From: Antedon mediterranea | Lineage: Eukaryota; Animalia; Echinodermata | DNA length: 64,000 bases | Direction: 5' to 3' | Assembly (NCBI RefSeq): GCF_964355755.1 | Contig: NC_092676.1 | Location: 20,664,871 to 20,728,870, forward strand | Shown here: piece by piece, positions 39,101-60,894 of the stretch | Layout of the letters: each line of letters opens with the position of its first letter | Position numbering within the stretch: position 1 is the first letter of the stretch | Notes under the pieces: model-generated | Told to the model about the DNA's origin: nothing | The model's database searches: none | Seen by the model: the letters and a program-made list of their open reading frames with translations, nothing else | Position numbers and translations under genes: made by a program

Positions 39101-41789
39101 AAGATTACCGAGTGGTGTTTGAAGCTATTGCCGGTGATGGAGAGCTCGCTGATGTTGCCCTTGATGATGTCTCATTCACAGCTGGCTGTAGAGATCCAGG
39201 TAAGATGCATTTAACATCTTTTTGCTTAAGTCAAGGTAGTTAAAAAGTTTGTGAAAGTGAAATAGCTTTAATCTTTATTTATCAAAATATTTCTGGAATT
39301 GAAAACTGACTTAAGCCAAATCATTAAGATGCTTTTTTGTTAAGATGTTTTTTTGTCAAGATAATTTTTTGTGCTAAAAATGTTTATGATAAATCTGATT
39401 CAAGGCCTTTCATTGAATTTCAAAACATTTGGTAAAGGCATATTTTACATAACTAAAAATAATTGTTAGAGAGTTTTGTCTTACATAATATATAACATAC
39501 TTCATTTACAGATGCAATATTGCCAACACATTACCCTGGCACCTGTGATTGGAACCAGTTCTTCTGTCCACGTGATAAAGTTTGCATCCCAATAGGATGG
39601 GTTTGTGATGGAAAAGTAGACTGTCCTTCAGACCTCTCGGATGAGCCAGCTGATATTAAAAATTGCCGTAAGAGTTTGTTTATTTGACTTAGTAATGTGT
39701 GTCTTTAAAGCTTGGTTCCCACTTGGATGCAAACGACAGTTTGGATGACCCATAGCGTTATGATTGGTCAAATTACTTGCATCGCGTTTACATCATTGTG
39801 TTGCGTCCTAGTGGGAACAAGCTTAAGAAGTTAAGTTTCCAAAAACATATGAAACTATGGAACAAATTGAGATGAATATTTGTTTTTTATTTTCAGCTAA
39901 CAATACCAGAACAACTGTTGAACCAGTCAATGGTAATAATGGTAAGTAAGCATTTTATTATAAACTAAAAATCTAAAATACTATGATACAGAAATGCTTG
40001 CACCCACACATTGTCTCCACTTGTGTTATTGTTGTTTCTATAGTGCGCCGATTGTCCCTCGTTGCCTTAGTTTGCTCAAGTGTTGTATTGTCAGTGTTTC
40101 GACTGGTTATCGTTTCTATCAAAGTGTTTATAATCATCATAAGATAGTGTCTCAATATGGTAGTGGTCCAACAATTCATATGACCAACAGCTTATTCTCG
40201 TTTGAGCTTTTTTATCAATGGCCTATTAAACAATAAACAGGAGGATATTTAAAAAACAAATATAATAATCCTTTATGGTAGAGGTGGTTGTATAGTAAAA
40301 TTTGTAATCTGCCATGTGACAGGCTTTTTAATTAAATTTTTTTTTATAGAATATGAACCCCAATAGGGGTACATGTAATGGCAGGACGAATATATTTGTG
40401 TGAAATAAATTTTAATGTAGGAATATTGTAAAATGACAAAACTAACTTACCCCTCTGTATGGCTTTGTTTTTTTAGAAGCTGTATTTATAGCTATAGGCG
40501 TTATAGTTGCCATTTTGATGGTAATCATCCTCATTTTAGTTACGTATATGGTAATGAAGAAAAGACAACAAAAGTAAGTTATGTGTTTCAGATTGTAGTA
40601 TATAATTTACAATAAATATCAATGCTGTAGGAAATCGTACAATATCATATAGGAACATTATTAATATTGAGTGTTTTATAAAAGGCACAATATTAAATTT
40701 AAAAAAATGAATTTATTAATAATAATAAATTGGACCTATATAGTGCATTATGCAAAGCCTCACTTGCCTAAAAAAAGATATAAAAAGCGGAAAATTAAGA
40801 GAACAGAAAGAGTTAAAAGGGTGAGTTTTCAGAGCAGCCTTAAAATAAGTGATTGAAGTAGCCTGGCAGGTAGAGATTGGTAAACCTTTTTTTATGTTTA
40901 TTTATAGACGGTTTGGCGACATAACAAACATGGGAAAATCCGGTGTAGATAATCCTGTGTATGGAACAGATGCGTATGGAGAACCATTAACTGATGTAAG
41001 ATGCTTTATTATTTGCTGGCTTAGCAAATAAAGTTTAAAGTATAATTGTAATCTATTACACTATTCATCTTGGTTGGACATTCACCAAAGATGATATAAC
41101 ACACCACTGTATTTCATAGTAATTAAAACCAAAGCCACACAAACTGTATTATCTGTATAGCCATACAGGTAAGTTTCTCACTCATAGACTACTAGGGGAA
41201 GGATAAAAGACCTAAAAGGGTATATCGCTTAATGTTAGTAAATAGTAAGACTCATATAACACGATGGGGCCTACAATATTTTATAATCTTTTTATTTAAA
41301 TTACAGTTTGCAATGAGTAATGTTGATACCTCAATGTTTGTAGGAGAAAACTATGGAGCAGCTGCCTCAGCCTCATCAGTATGTACACAATTTGATAGCT
41401 TTAAAACTATTTAAAAATGTATTGTCCCACCAAAACAGGAAAAATGAAGATTAATTAAATCAGACTTTGAATAGGTTATTTATGTAGTTAATCACAATTC
41501 TGTGGAAAAAAACGAAAAAAAAAAAAGTTTTTCACTCATAAAATGACAAAATTGGTCGAAGTGGATAAACGATATTATTTGACATTAAAATGGCATGTTC
41601 AACAAACAAATGTTAAGAATTATTTTTCCAAGGGGAAAATACATCTTTAAACTTTAGTAACAATCAGAAAATATTGAATGGTGTGAAAATAAAATTTTAA
41701 AAACAAAATATTTGTCTTTTCAGAAATCGGGGTTTGACAATGTATTATATGGAGAAGCTGGTGATGTACTAGACGAGGCATTAGCATAA
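173..41789 (+). CDS. Giant MAM and LDL-receptor class A domain-containing type-I membrane protein (MALRD1/MAMDC4-endotubin-like); 5'-partial, about 79 exons in window
   Basis: GT-AG exons traced by eye (boundaries may be off by 1-2 nt): 173-310, 602-727, 971-1101, 1219-1303, 1484-1603, 1999-2246, 2466-2886, 3765-3990, 4293-4464, 4794-4899, 5243-5389, 5616-5794, 5908-6076, 6192-6335, 6472-6737, 6933-7164, 7280-7366, 7572-7741, 7991-8117, 8725-8878, 9046-9302, 9538-9627, 9812-9949, 10060-10552, 10741-11085, 11393-11509, 11730-11870, 12159-12415, 12669-12753, 13058-13186, 13491-13640, 14042-14145, 14375-14539, 14904-14994, 15707-15868, 16058-16186, 16348-16466, 16784-16933, 17223-17418, 17809-17958, 18223-18323, 18956-19120, 19471-19597, 19950-20066, 20756-20896, 21391-21653, 21995-22211, 22360-22506, 22918-23016, 23280-23447, 23741-23870, 23977-24105, 24465-24611, 24732-24997, 25374-25587, 25771-25926, 26310-26413, 26719-26889, 27427-27697, 32508-32666, 33004-33257, 33554-33638, 33846-33968, 34640-34789, 35028-35128, 35376-35549, 35852-36092, 36250-36390, 36867-37217, 37470-37592, 37939-38091, 38546-38688, 38995-39199, 39512-39667, 39897-39941, 40477-40573, 40908-40995, 41307-41378, 41724-41789 (TAA). 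Repeated MAM motifs ([26 protein letters not shown]) and LDLa motifs (C..G.CI....CD...DC.D.SDE) occur throughout. Confidence 0.93.
1685..1970 (+). mobile_element. SINE remnant (Deu/Nin-core-like); related fragment at about 38165-38295
   Basis: ggaggtcc..gcacttaaaaatccc..tttcggaagag resembles the conserved Deu/Nin SINE core as recalled; gttctggtggtaga is shared with 38188. Confidence 0.4.
3062..3645. mobile_element. TTAA-flanked (Kolobok-like) non-autonomous element inserted into a GGGACACC-type MITE (about 2930-3690)
   Basis: ttaa|AGCTCAGGTACAGGCAA ... TTGCCCGCACCTGGCCT|ttaa. Confidence 0.6.
8328..8459 (+). pseudogene. Decayed intronic copy of MAM exon 6472-6737
   Basis: tgatcgtgcacgtctagaaagtc.agtata.gatgacgg.agaagcgatgagtgcctt matches 6515-6572; after a deletion it matches 6632-6713. 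Confidence 0.85.
13686..13915. repeat. 230-bp element bounded by a perfect 25-bp inverted repeat
   Basis: GTGCACCAAGGCAATCTAACAACAG (13686-13710) and CTGTTGTTAGATTGCCTTGGTGCAC (13891-13915). Confidence 0.8.
15327..15402 (+). mobile_element. Helentron/HINE-like fragment
   Basis: (ACC[AG])n tetranucleotide tract followed by atagtgagctgtagagtcgcg. Confidence 0.4.
20084..20250. mobile_element. Tc1/pogo-type MITE (TA|CAGTAGAACC...ACTG|TA) with GGGACAC repeats
   Basis: Relatives at about 21107-21270, 26047-26268 and 48435-48563. Confidence 0.6.
21111..21222 (+). repeat. Tandem repeat of GACACCTTTATC(C)AGAT (about 6 copies) inside a MITE
   Basis: Directly visible 16-17 bp units. Confidence 0.9.
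27067..27228. repeat. Long palindromic (hairpin) repeat element
   Basis: About 75-bp arms around the centre CAACTCGGCTTTGCCTCGTTG. Confidence 0.85.
28985..29615 (+). repeat. Subterminal minisatellite of the left Academ arm (9 units, about 36-85 bp variants)
   Basis: Core TACCTGCCATCAATATGATGGATTATGATT counted 9 times. Confidence 0.9.
29640..30738 (-). pseudogene. Academ transposase C-terminal remnant (XPG/PIN-like nuclease plus Cys-rich zinc finger), disrupted by stops, frameshifts and an insertion
   Basis: Minus-strand translation: [70 protein letters not shown][insertion][58 protein letters not shown]. Confidence 0.85.
30156..30210. mobile_element. 55-bp hAT-type micro-MITE
   Basis: 18-bp TIR CAG(T/G)GAAGAGTTAAATTA with 1 mismatch; perfect 8-bp TSD GATATGAG at 30148-30155 and 30211-30218. 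Confidence 0.85.
30760..31100 (+). pseudogene. Inverted second copy of the Academ transposase C-terminus
   Basis: ORF 30698-31006 contains [37 protein letters not shown], the reverse complement of 29640-29965. Confidence 0.85.
31130..31560 (-). repeat. Subterminal minisatellite of the right Academ arm (6 units)
   Basis: The reverse complement core ATCCATCATATTGATGGCAGGTA is counted 6 times; it explains the repetitive ORF 31180-31515. Confidence 0.9.
32735..32955 (-). mobile_element. RTE-type LINE 3' fragment
   Basis: Minus translation [21 protein letters not shown] matches the RTE ORF C-terminal G.R.RGRQR motif; a (GA)n tract lies at the 3' side. Confidence 0.65.
34120..34260. mobile_element. 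hAT-type MITE
   Basis: Termini CAATGGCGTAA...TTATGCTACTG; perfect 8-bp TSD CTTTCTAA; internal GGGGCCC(C) motifs. Confidence 0.8.
37625..37762. mobile_element. About 140-bp TA-flanked MITE family (TIR AAGCTCTGTCTACACTATCAAAC)
   Basis: Further copies at about 4932-5090, 13262-13395, 19775-19886, 23101-23236, 26094-26222, 34895-34987 and 47702-47760 share the TIRs and the internal gtgatgtgcccaaatatgg. Confidence 0.8.
39709..39824. mobile_element. Small MITE (TIR AAGCTTGGTTCCCACT)
   Basis: aagcttggttcccactt ... tagtgggaacaagctt. Confidence 0.55.
40477..40573 (+). CDS. Transmembrane-helix exon of the MAM/LDLa receptor
   Basis: Translates to [33 protein letters not shown]: a hydrophobic stretch followed by a basic stop-transfer; AG/GT flanked. 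Confidence 0.88.
40908..41789 (+). CDS. Cytoplasmic-tail exons of the MAM/LDLa receptor (three exons)
   Basis: 40908-40995 [29 protein letters not shown]; 41307-41378 [24 protein letters not shown]; 41724-41789 [21 protein letters not shown]. Splice phases are consistent. Confidence 0.82.
41415..41646. mobile_element. TTAA-flanked (Kolobok-like) MITE; relatives at about 42480-42720 and 46560-46910
   Basis: ttaa|AAATGTATTGTCCC...GGGGAAAATACATCT|ttaa; the three copies share the internal blocks aaaatgaagattaa and gacattaaaatggcat. Confidence 0.65.
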
Positions 41790-42382
41790 ATTTAGTTTAT
41801 TTTATTATAGTATTACTGCCTTTACATTTTGTGTTTCTTGTATATTACAATATACAGTATTGATAGAATTGTCCTTACTTTTGCTCATTGATATATTAAT
41901 ATATGTCCACTTAAATGAAGTGCCTACTAAATGGCCAATCACACATGGTGGAACTGTTAAGCATTTTTATATAATAGACACCTGCAAAATGCACTCACAA
42001 ACATATTTTCAATTAAGCAGTGTTATGAATGAATTGCATTTTTAAATAATATCAGAAGTTTATTTTCCCCAAACAGAATTATTGGATACCATGAGAGAAC
42101 TCCTTTCATTACAGCACATTATACTTATCTTCATAACCTACAAATTAAACCTATTATATAGAATTTAACTGGGCGTGTTTATACATGAACTGTAATTGCA
42201 TTTATCAAAACTATAGATATGTTTGTATGTGTGTATTTTAAAAGTCAAATGCCATACAGGACCGTCACACTTTCTCTTTCTTTTGGTCTCACAAAATAAT
42301 GTAAATACAAATAGAAACAGTTTAAAATTGTGAAAGCTTGTTTAAGTAATATGTAGAGTATATTTTAAATGTATTAACTTGA

Positions 42383-42388
42383 AATAAA
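42383..42388 (+). terminator. Candidate polyadenylation signal of the MAM/LDLa gene
   Basis: AATAAA about 600 nt after the stop, followed by a GT-rich tract (ttgtttgtgatgtggttttgttgttt). Confidence 0.5.
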
Positions 42389-45300
42389 AGAATTCAACAA
42401 TAATTGTTTGTGATGTGGTTTTGTTGTTTCAGATTTTTGTTTAAAAATGTTATAAAATGTTGTACTCGATTAATACTTTAATCATGTATTGTCCCCCAAA
42501 AACATGAAAAATGAAGATTAATAAAATAAAACTTAGAATAGACCATTTTGCAGTTTTAATAAAGTTATTCACTTCTGTAGAAAAAAAGCAGCAAAAATAA
42601 TTCTTTCACTTGTAAAAAGACAAAAAAAATGGTTAATTTTAACCAAAACCATTGTCTGACAGATAATTTAGGTATTTTTTTGCTTCAAATTGAATAACTA
42701 ATGTGACATTAAAATGGCATATTTATATCTAATTCTTACAATTCAATCTATAGCACTATAACAGTATATTTTCTAACACATAATATATCTAAAGCCCGCG
42801 CAAGTTGCATTCTGAAGATTCAACCAATCAGCGCACAGGAACTTTGTAAATAATTATGACGTTTTGCATGCAGCAGACGATTTGAATGCCAACATATATT
42901 GTGATTGTTGATACATGTGTCGGATTTATACTGGGATTTTATTCTTTAATTTGAGGAAAACTATTGTTTTATGGAAGTTATAGTAACCAGACTACAAATA
43001 AAAACTTGAAGGCTACTATTACCAGGCATTTAATTACAATACTTGGAGCAAAAGGTATGTTTTTTAGCTAGATAGCTAGGCTAAGTTTAGCTGGTCCTCT
43101 CATGAGTCTTAAGTATTGGTATGGTAGGCGCCCAGGGAGCATCCAAATCGGCATAGGCCTAGACTTATAGGTAGGCTTAGCCAAGTCAAAGCTAGATTGA
43201 TGAAGGCCAGGTCATGTACACTATGGATGTCTAACTATAATCTATCATGTCAAACAAAGTTGACATAAATTCGTTTTAATACTTATACTGTACCTATTAA
43301 TTTAAAGTAAAATTAAATCAATTTTTTAAAAACATGTCTGTACCAAAGTACAGATACAGAACAGGGAGAGTGGTTTAATATTTATTGTAGGCTATGCTCG
43401 TCATAAACATAGCTTATGGGTTGCACAGATTGCTTTTGCTAAATAATTACATTAATAATGTTTAATTAAATAAGATGCAAAATACAGAGTTAAGCACTGA
43501 ACAACCAACAGAAAATGTTTTAATTATCAATTTTGCTGAATATCAGCAGAAGTTGTAGCTTAGTTTTTGTGTCTTGGTACCAATCCCAAGGTTTTGGGTT
43601 ACTAACATACTCACATTGACATAACAAATCAACAAAAACGTCTGGTTATTTTAATATTTATGTTATTCAGGTACATAAGTACAGCTATTGTATTGCACAT
43701 CTACAACATAAAGAAATGAAATACAAACATCTTATCACACAGACATGAGGATAATACAGTAAATGGTAAAGAAAAGTTGAATGCTAGTACTAATTGACAT
43801 TACGCAGCACCCCAAAAGACAATTATATATTTTATTTTACTAGACCTACTTTTATATCAATATACATTTCAATTAAATTTTCATCTTTTCTTAAAACAAA
43901 ATAGTCCCTCTTTCAAATTAAAATATAGATTATTTTCCCATTTTATACACCTCATGAATAAATTATGCTTTATATACTTCTTTTAATGATTTAATTATTT
44001 TTCATTTTTACTGAACTTTACGTTTACTAAATTGTAATATTTTGTTATTATTGTACCGTAGACTACTATAGAATCGTACATCTTGATATGAAAAGAAAAA
44101 TAATATGGTTATGTTTGTAATTTGAATACATTAAATAATTTACACTTTCCTATACATGCTTTGATGATAGTTACTTTATACACAAATACCTTAGTAGGAA
44201 ATATTTGTATACTTTTTAAATGTTTACACATGTTTTTTGCGACAAAAAAGAACAACACCTGTTTATAAGTAGTACAATTTATCAGTGAAACATCCACATC
44301 ATCTCATAATGAAAATTAAAAAGTCACAAGGGTATCTAAAAAAGGACCTTAACTTGATTGAAAATAAACTTAAACTTAAATGATATCAACATAAACATTA
44401 TATTCAAGTTATGAATATATAATAGCTAGCACATTCAATTTAAACTTTAAAATAATAATTTTAAAAAATACATGTTTTCAGTATTTTGTTAAAACAGTTT
44501 CTGCAAATTAGTAGTAGTAGTTACCAATTTTAGAACTGCGGAATGTAACATAATTAAGTACGACGATTCTATACATAGAATAAAGCATTGGAAGTGAAAA
44601 TATATTAATCATACTTACTAAATTTATATAATGACCAGCTGAGAAATATGAATATCATAAATCTAGTAACTATTCCTCAGCAGCCCATTTATTTAACGAG
44701 TTAAATACTATAACATCAAGGCGAAAAACAATCAGTGCATTGAAATGCAATAATAATGAGCAAATTTAATTGCTGTTTGTTTTATAATATTTATAGCATA
44801 AATTATAAATAATAAGTACCAGGAATTTTTATTGGTAACAAATTTGCACAATAAAATAATCTGAAAGACAGGGAAAAATATACTACTGTAATTATACTGT
44901 ATAATATATTAATAAATTAGCTTAATAATTAATTCTCCTTATTGCAAATATTGGAAAGCAATTACTCTTTTTACAAATCCCATTGATATTGACTTCAGTT
45001 TGAAAGCGAATTTTTTAATTAAATAAAAATATAAGAAAGGTTTATACATAAACTTTATTGATAGAATGGGATGATATTCAACCTACTTACTATAATAATT
45101 TATAAGGTGGTATAAAAATTAAAAGTTTGAAAAAAAAACTTTCAGTTTAAGAAACTTTACTAATAGTATATAAACATAAAATAGTTTTAGGATGCCTCAC
45201 CCTTTGTGTTGAATATGTATTTTTGGGGCAGATTACACAAGTAAGTGAAATCCACTCTGAGACTACATGCCATTATTCCCAAATATTGACACCCCTTGAA

Positions 45301-45683
45301 ATAAAACTGATTGACCTGTGAAATTTCACCTTTTCTCCCACCAGTACTGGGTGCATTGTAACTATCAGAGAGCAACACCTTTTTACAATTCATAGTCCAC
45401 TGCTTCTCAATCCACCAAACATTCATTCATCTATTTAGGAATACCAATTTATATCATATATTATATATTTATATATTCTAATTAATCAGTATAGGCATTT
45501 ACCACTAACATTAAACACACATCACTTTTAAATAAATCTTTCTATCAATGCTTACTGTAGCTTTTTTACATAATCTACAGCTGCTATTACTTGAGTTGAA
45601 TTCTTTGAGGAGTGAAGAAATCTTCATGCTTAATAATACAATAAATACTTCATTGTTTAGACTGGAATGTACAAAGTACGTAC

Positions 45684-56696
<11,013 letters not shown>

Positions 56697-57174
56697 TTAT
56701 ATTGGTTTAAGAATGTCCGACGAGTACTGAAAGAAAGACATGGTTCATAACATTATGATGAATACAATTAGAAAGGACAACATCAAGGTCACACTCCATC
56801 TACGCTTGAGAACATCGTGCCTCTGTGATCCTAACTCAGGCTGGACCGAGAAACCTAACAGAAAAAAATCCTCTAGGCAATGGTGAGAAAGGATGATGAT
56901 GTAAAGACGATGGTTTTAGTAAAATAACACACAAATTGGTACAAATAAATAATGATATTTATTCATTCATCTTCCTATTCACTGTTCAGAATAATAAAAG
57001 CCTAACCTAACCTGGTTTATTTATTTGTATTAATATTAAAAACTCCATTATTTATTATTAATTATTCATTCATTTCATGCATCTCATTATAATTATTTAA
57101 AAAAAAAAAAATTATAGGCCTAGCCTAGGCCTGGCCTATAGTACGGTAAGGTAAGGATTCAATTTTCTACCTAC

Positions 57175-57400
57175 CTATGGTAATAATGTCTAAAATACAG
57201 GCTGTCCCTACTAGTCTACTATACACCACATATGCAGCAGCAGGGTTCTTCGTCGGATTTTCCTTCCGGCAACAAACCCTTCCACCACCACCTGTGTAGC
57301 TCTGTACTCGAAGATGAGTCGTTGGTCAGCTACACGATACGACGGGACGACGTCCACCGGGCGTCCACCAGCTGTTTCGTTCAATCAACCAAGTTTTTGT
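57175..57400 (-). other. Probable 5'UTR exon of RUNDC1
   Basis: GC/CpG-rich island ending in a minus-strand donor (cag-like ...ccatag|gtaggt near 57175). An acceptor (tttcag) lies near 56728, just upstream of the ATG exon. CCAAT-like boxes occur at 57432 and 57657. Confidence 0.45.
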
Positions 57401-58408
57401 CCTTAAAAACCTAATTATGAGTGGTTTAATAGCCAATGTGGTTTCTTATTATAAATAGACGTAGATCGGCAAATAAATCACCAGGTGAACTTGAATAAAA
57501 TTGAAGAAAACCTTAATTATTAAATCAAGACACACGTCAATAATGTTGAAATGGTTGGTTGTCACTTGGTCACGGCTGAATGATCGCTAGATTGTTGTTG
57601 TTAGAACAATTATTATTGACCATACGTTTTGTCAAGCAGCAAAATAACGGTGTTTGATTGGTTGAGTACCAAATTAGATAACAAAAACTTCTCACACAGC
57701 TTGTACAAAATAAATTGAGGGCGCTATATACAGATTATTGAATCTGAACAAATTTTTTGAGAAAGCTATAATAATAATAATTTATTGGAAACTTCACTTT
57801 TACAACAGGGGCACACTTTGATGATAAAGGTGCGTTCAAGTAATAACATACACGAGTAAATTAAATTATTAACTTAAAAATAAATCAAAATGAATCAGTG
57901 AAAGCTATAAATGAGTGAAAGCTATAAATGGAAAAACGATAGAACGGCCGGAAATATCTTTTTTGATACGTGATGGCTTTATTTCCCAGTATTTTATTTT
58001 ATTTTTTTTTTTATTTCATCATCACCCTACAGTGACCAAACGTCACCAAACGTATATATTTAGGCTAAAGAATTTATATTATCCTTATTAAGAAAATTAT
58101 AAATAAAAATTATAAAGAAAAAAAAAAATCCGGATTTTTTAGATATTCATTCATACTTTTATTAGTATATATTAATTTCAATTCGTGTCACCGTTGCTTT
58201 ATCCGGTGAGCTGCTCAATTGATTGGTCCAATGACCGACTCTATTATTGATAAATTATATTGATTGACGTTCTGGTCCTCTTATTATTATTCTCTTATAT
58301 GAAAGTCGAATCACCCGAATACCATTGGATCGTTTAATCATCAGAGTTCATGAATTGTTGTCAGTCATTGTCATAATAGTTCATCATTATCATCAGTAAC
58401 CAAATATA

Positions 58409-59635
58409 TCAGACAGGCACTAGAATACTTCGACGTTTCTTACTACTAGTAGTAGGACTGTCAGCAAACATTTTTGCAAGGTTTAAAGCATTTGATTTAT
58501 AAGCTTTGATTCCATATTTCAGTTTAGAACAAAGTGCGCATCGTTTCCTTTCCCGTTTGTTTGCGTGCACCTCTACGGTTGGGTCGAAATTAGTAACTTT
58601 CCTTGACCGACGAATCCGACGGCCTAATGACTTGTTGGAGACAAGTGGTGGCAGTGGTGGTAATGGTCTTGGTGGCATACTGTCTGGTTTATCCAATGCA
58701 GCTTGTGCCACTTCATCTGGTTGTTCAAACATTGGCTTTGGCGGCAGCTTCCTTAATTTATATGAAGATACACTTCCAGTAATTTCTTTAGTTGGTAGAT
58801 CGTCATCTTTTGAGCTTTTCAAAGTCAGTGATGATCTTCTAGATTTACTTGGCACACGCGCCTTTTTTGATTCCGATAAATCAAGTGCAGACTTGGCAGT
58901 AATGATGGTCTGTTTTGGTAACTCTGGAAGCTTCCTCGGTGATGGTTTTAGTGCAGCTACATTTGGCAACACTGGAAGCTTCCTTGGTAACGTTTGTACC
59001 ACATCCACTTGTTGAGTTGGTAAATCAGGTACCAGATGCTGATTCGGTTTACTAGCGGCTTTCTTTGATGATTTCATTGCCTGCTTTCTCTCCTTTTTTG
59101 TCATATCTGTAACCTCCAGCTTCGAACGTGATATATTTGACGGCTTTCGTGGTTTGGCCACTGCCACATCAGGTATTGGAAGCTTTCTTGGTAAGACATC
59201 TTTTTTCGGCAAAGGTGGTACTCTCTGAGGCAATACTGGTAGCTTTCTTGGTTTAGCTACGTTATATTCATCCCTTTCTTCTACAACCTATATGTAATTG
59301 TTTAAAAACATGTAATTATTATTGCAAACAATCAATATTAATTTTGGTGTCCTATAAAAATTATAAAACGGTTAACGGCCAACTATCGTTAATTAATGAG
59401 TTAAGTTATTCACGATGGGGAATCGTCTAACTCAATTATTGCTCAAATTCCAACCTTCACACAAGAAACTATTATGTAACATAATATGGCGTAATACATT
59501 GTAATTTTGTTTTGTAAATTTATAGCCAACCTGTGTGCGGTCGGTAACTTCTGAATGGGCATCATTTTTCTGGAGAACTGCGGCGGATTGCACAATCTTC
59601 GGCGGCTTCACAGGTTTACTCAAAATGCTTCCCAT
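58409..59635 (-). CDS. Uncharacterised two-exon Pro/Lys-rich protein (about 327 aa) with N-myristoylation motif and repeated SH3-ligand motifs
   Basis: Exon 1 59531-59635 (MGSILSKPVKPPK...RTQ|gt) splices in phase 0 to exon 2 58409-59287 (ag|VVEERDEY...), which is in frame with the 274-aa ORF and ends ...KKRRSILVPV*. Confidence 0.72.
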
Positions 59636-60894
59636 AATTGTAATTAAAATAACTACTGTGCTATTCTAAGCAATAAAATAAATAATTTCAAAAGATTTTA
59701 AGGTGAATCTAGTGAAAACGAAAGTCGAATTTTTGAAAACAACGGAGCGAAATTATTTTCGTGTCGATAGTTTGAGTCGAAACGATGTATTGTCGTGTTT
59801 GATTAGGAGCGTATTTAAGTTTCATTTGTTTCGTCAACAATCGTATCTAAAACACTCTAGTTGCCCAACAACAGTGTGCGTTATGAAACATACGCGCGTG
59901 CGCCATTAGCAACACATCGCGTGGAAATGACGTACGGAACGCCAAGATCGTCTGAATTCGTAGTTTACTGGATTAAAAAAAAAATCAAAAGACGCTTTTT
60001 AAAATGAACATCAATTTTAATGCTGTATACCAGAAACGTATCTAATACGGTACACAATCTTTCTTATAAAAATAACTAGACATGGTTACTGTTTTCTAAA
60101 CTTAATAGACCAAATCCACCAAATCGTGCTTATGCTATTATTGTATCATACTTATGCTATTGTTATCATACCACCACTGAGTATAGTATGTTCAATAGTT
60201 TTTTTTTGTCTTATTTAGGATCAACCCACTTTTATTTCTTCATCAATAAAATGTTCGTTTACAATGCATTGCACTTTATGTTCAATAAATTTATGCAATA
60301 TCACTTATTAAAAGGGAAATCATAGTCTAAAACATCAATACAATTAATCATCTGCAAACACTTCATCTATCTTTTAGCATAGTGTGTAAAAGTTTTGCAG
60401 TACAATTTTATTTTTATTTATTGTCTGGGTAAAGATGTTTCTTGCTAATTTCAAAGTGTTTTCTTTTTATAGTAAAAAAAAATCTTTGGCATACATATTT
60501 AAATTTTAATTCAAAATACAATCATTCCATTTATTTGCAGTACCCGCTGCTTTTAAAAACTAAAATTTAATGAAACCCTTATGAAGAACAATAAAAAATA
60601 TTAAAATATTTGTTTAACTGTAACAGTTGTTAAACATTCTTACTTCTTTTATAACAAGCATTTATAACATTCAAATAATTATTTTTTGGATGATCTAAAG
60701 TCAAATAAAAATCGTAAAACTTACGTTTTTTACTCTATCTTTTTTATTTGAATTGGATCATCCAAAAGAAAAATTATTTGAATACTATACAGAGATCCAG
60801 ATGAACCTTTTTACTAACATTTATAACATGGAATTATATCTGTCCACTAATATAACATTTTCTATACACTCTCTCTATTATAGTTTTAATGAGT

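Noticed and set aside
44109-45426. Short ORFs between the convergent genes
   Set aside because: AT-rich low-complexity sequence, probably RUNDC1 3'UTR or intergenic; no splice or domain support.
58506-59015. 169-aa plus-strand ORF
   Set aside because: Antisense shadow of the Pro/Lys-rich minus-strand gene.
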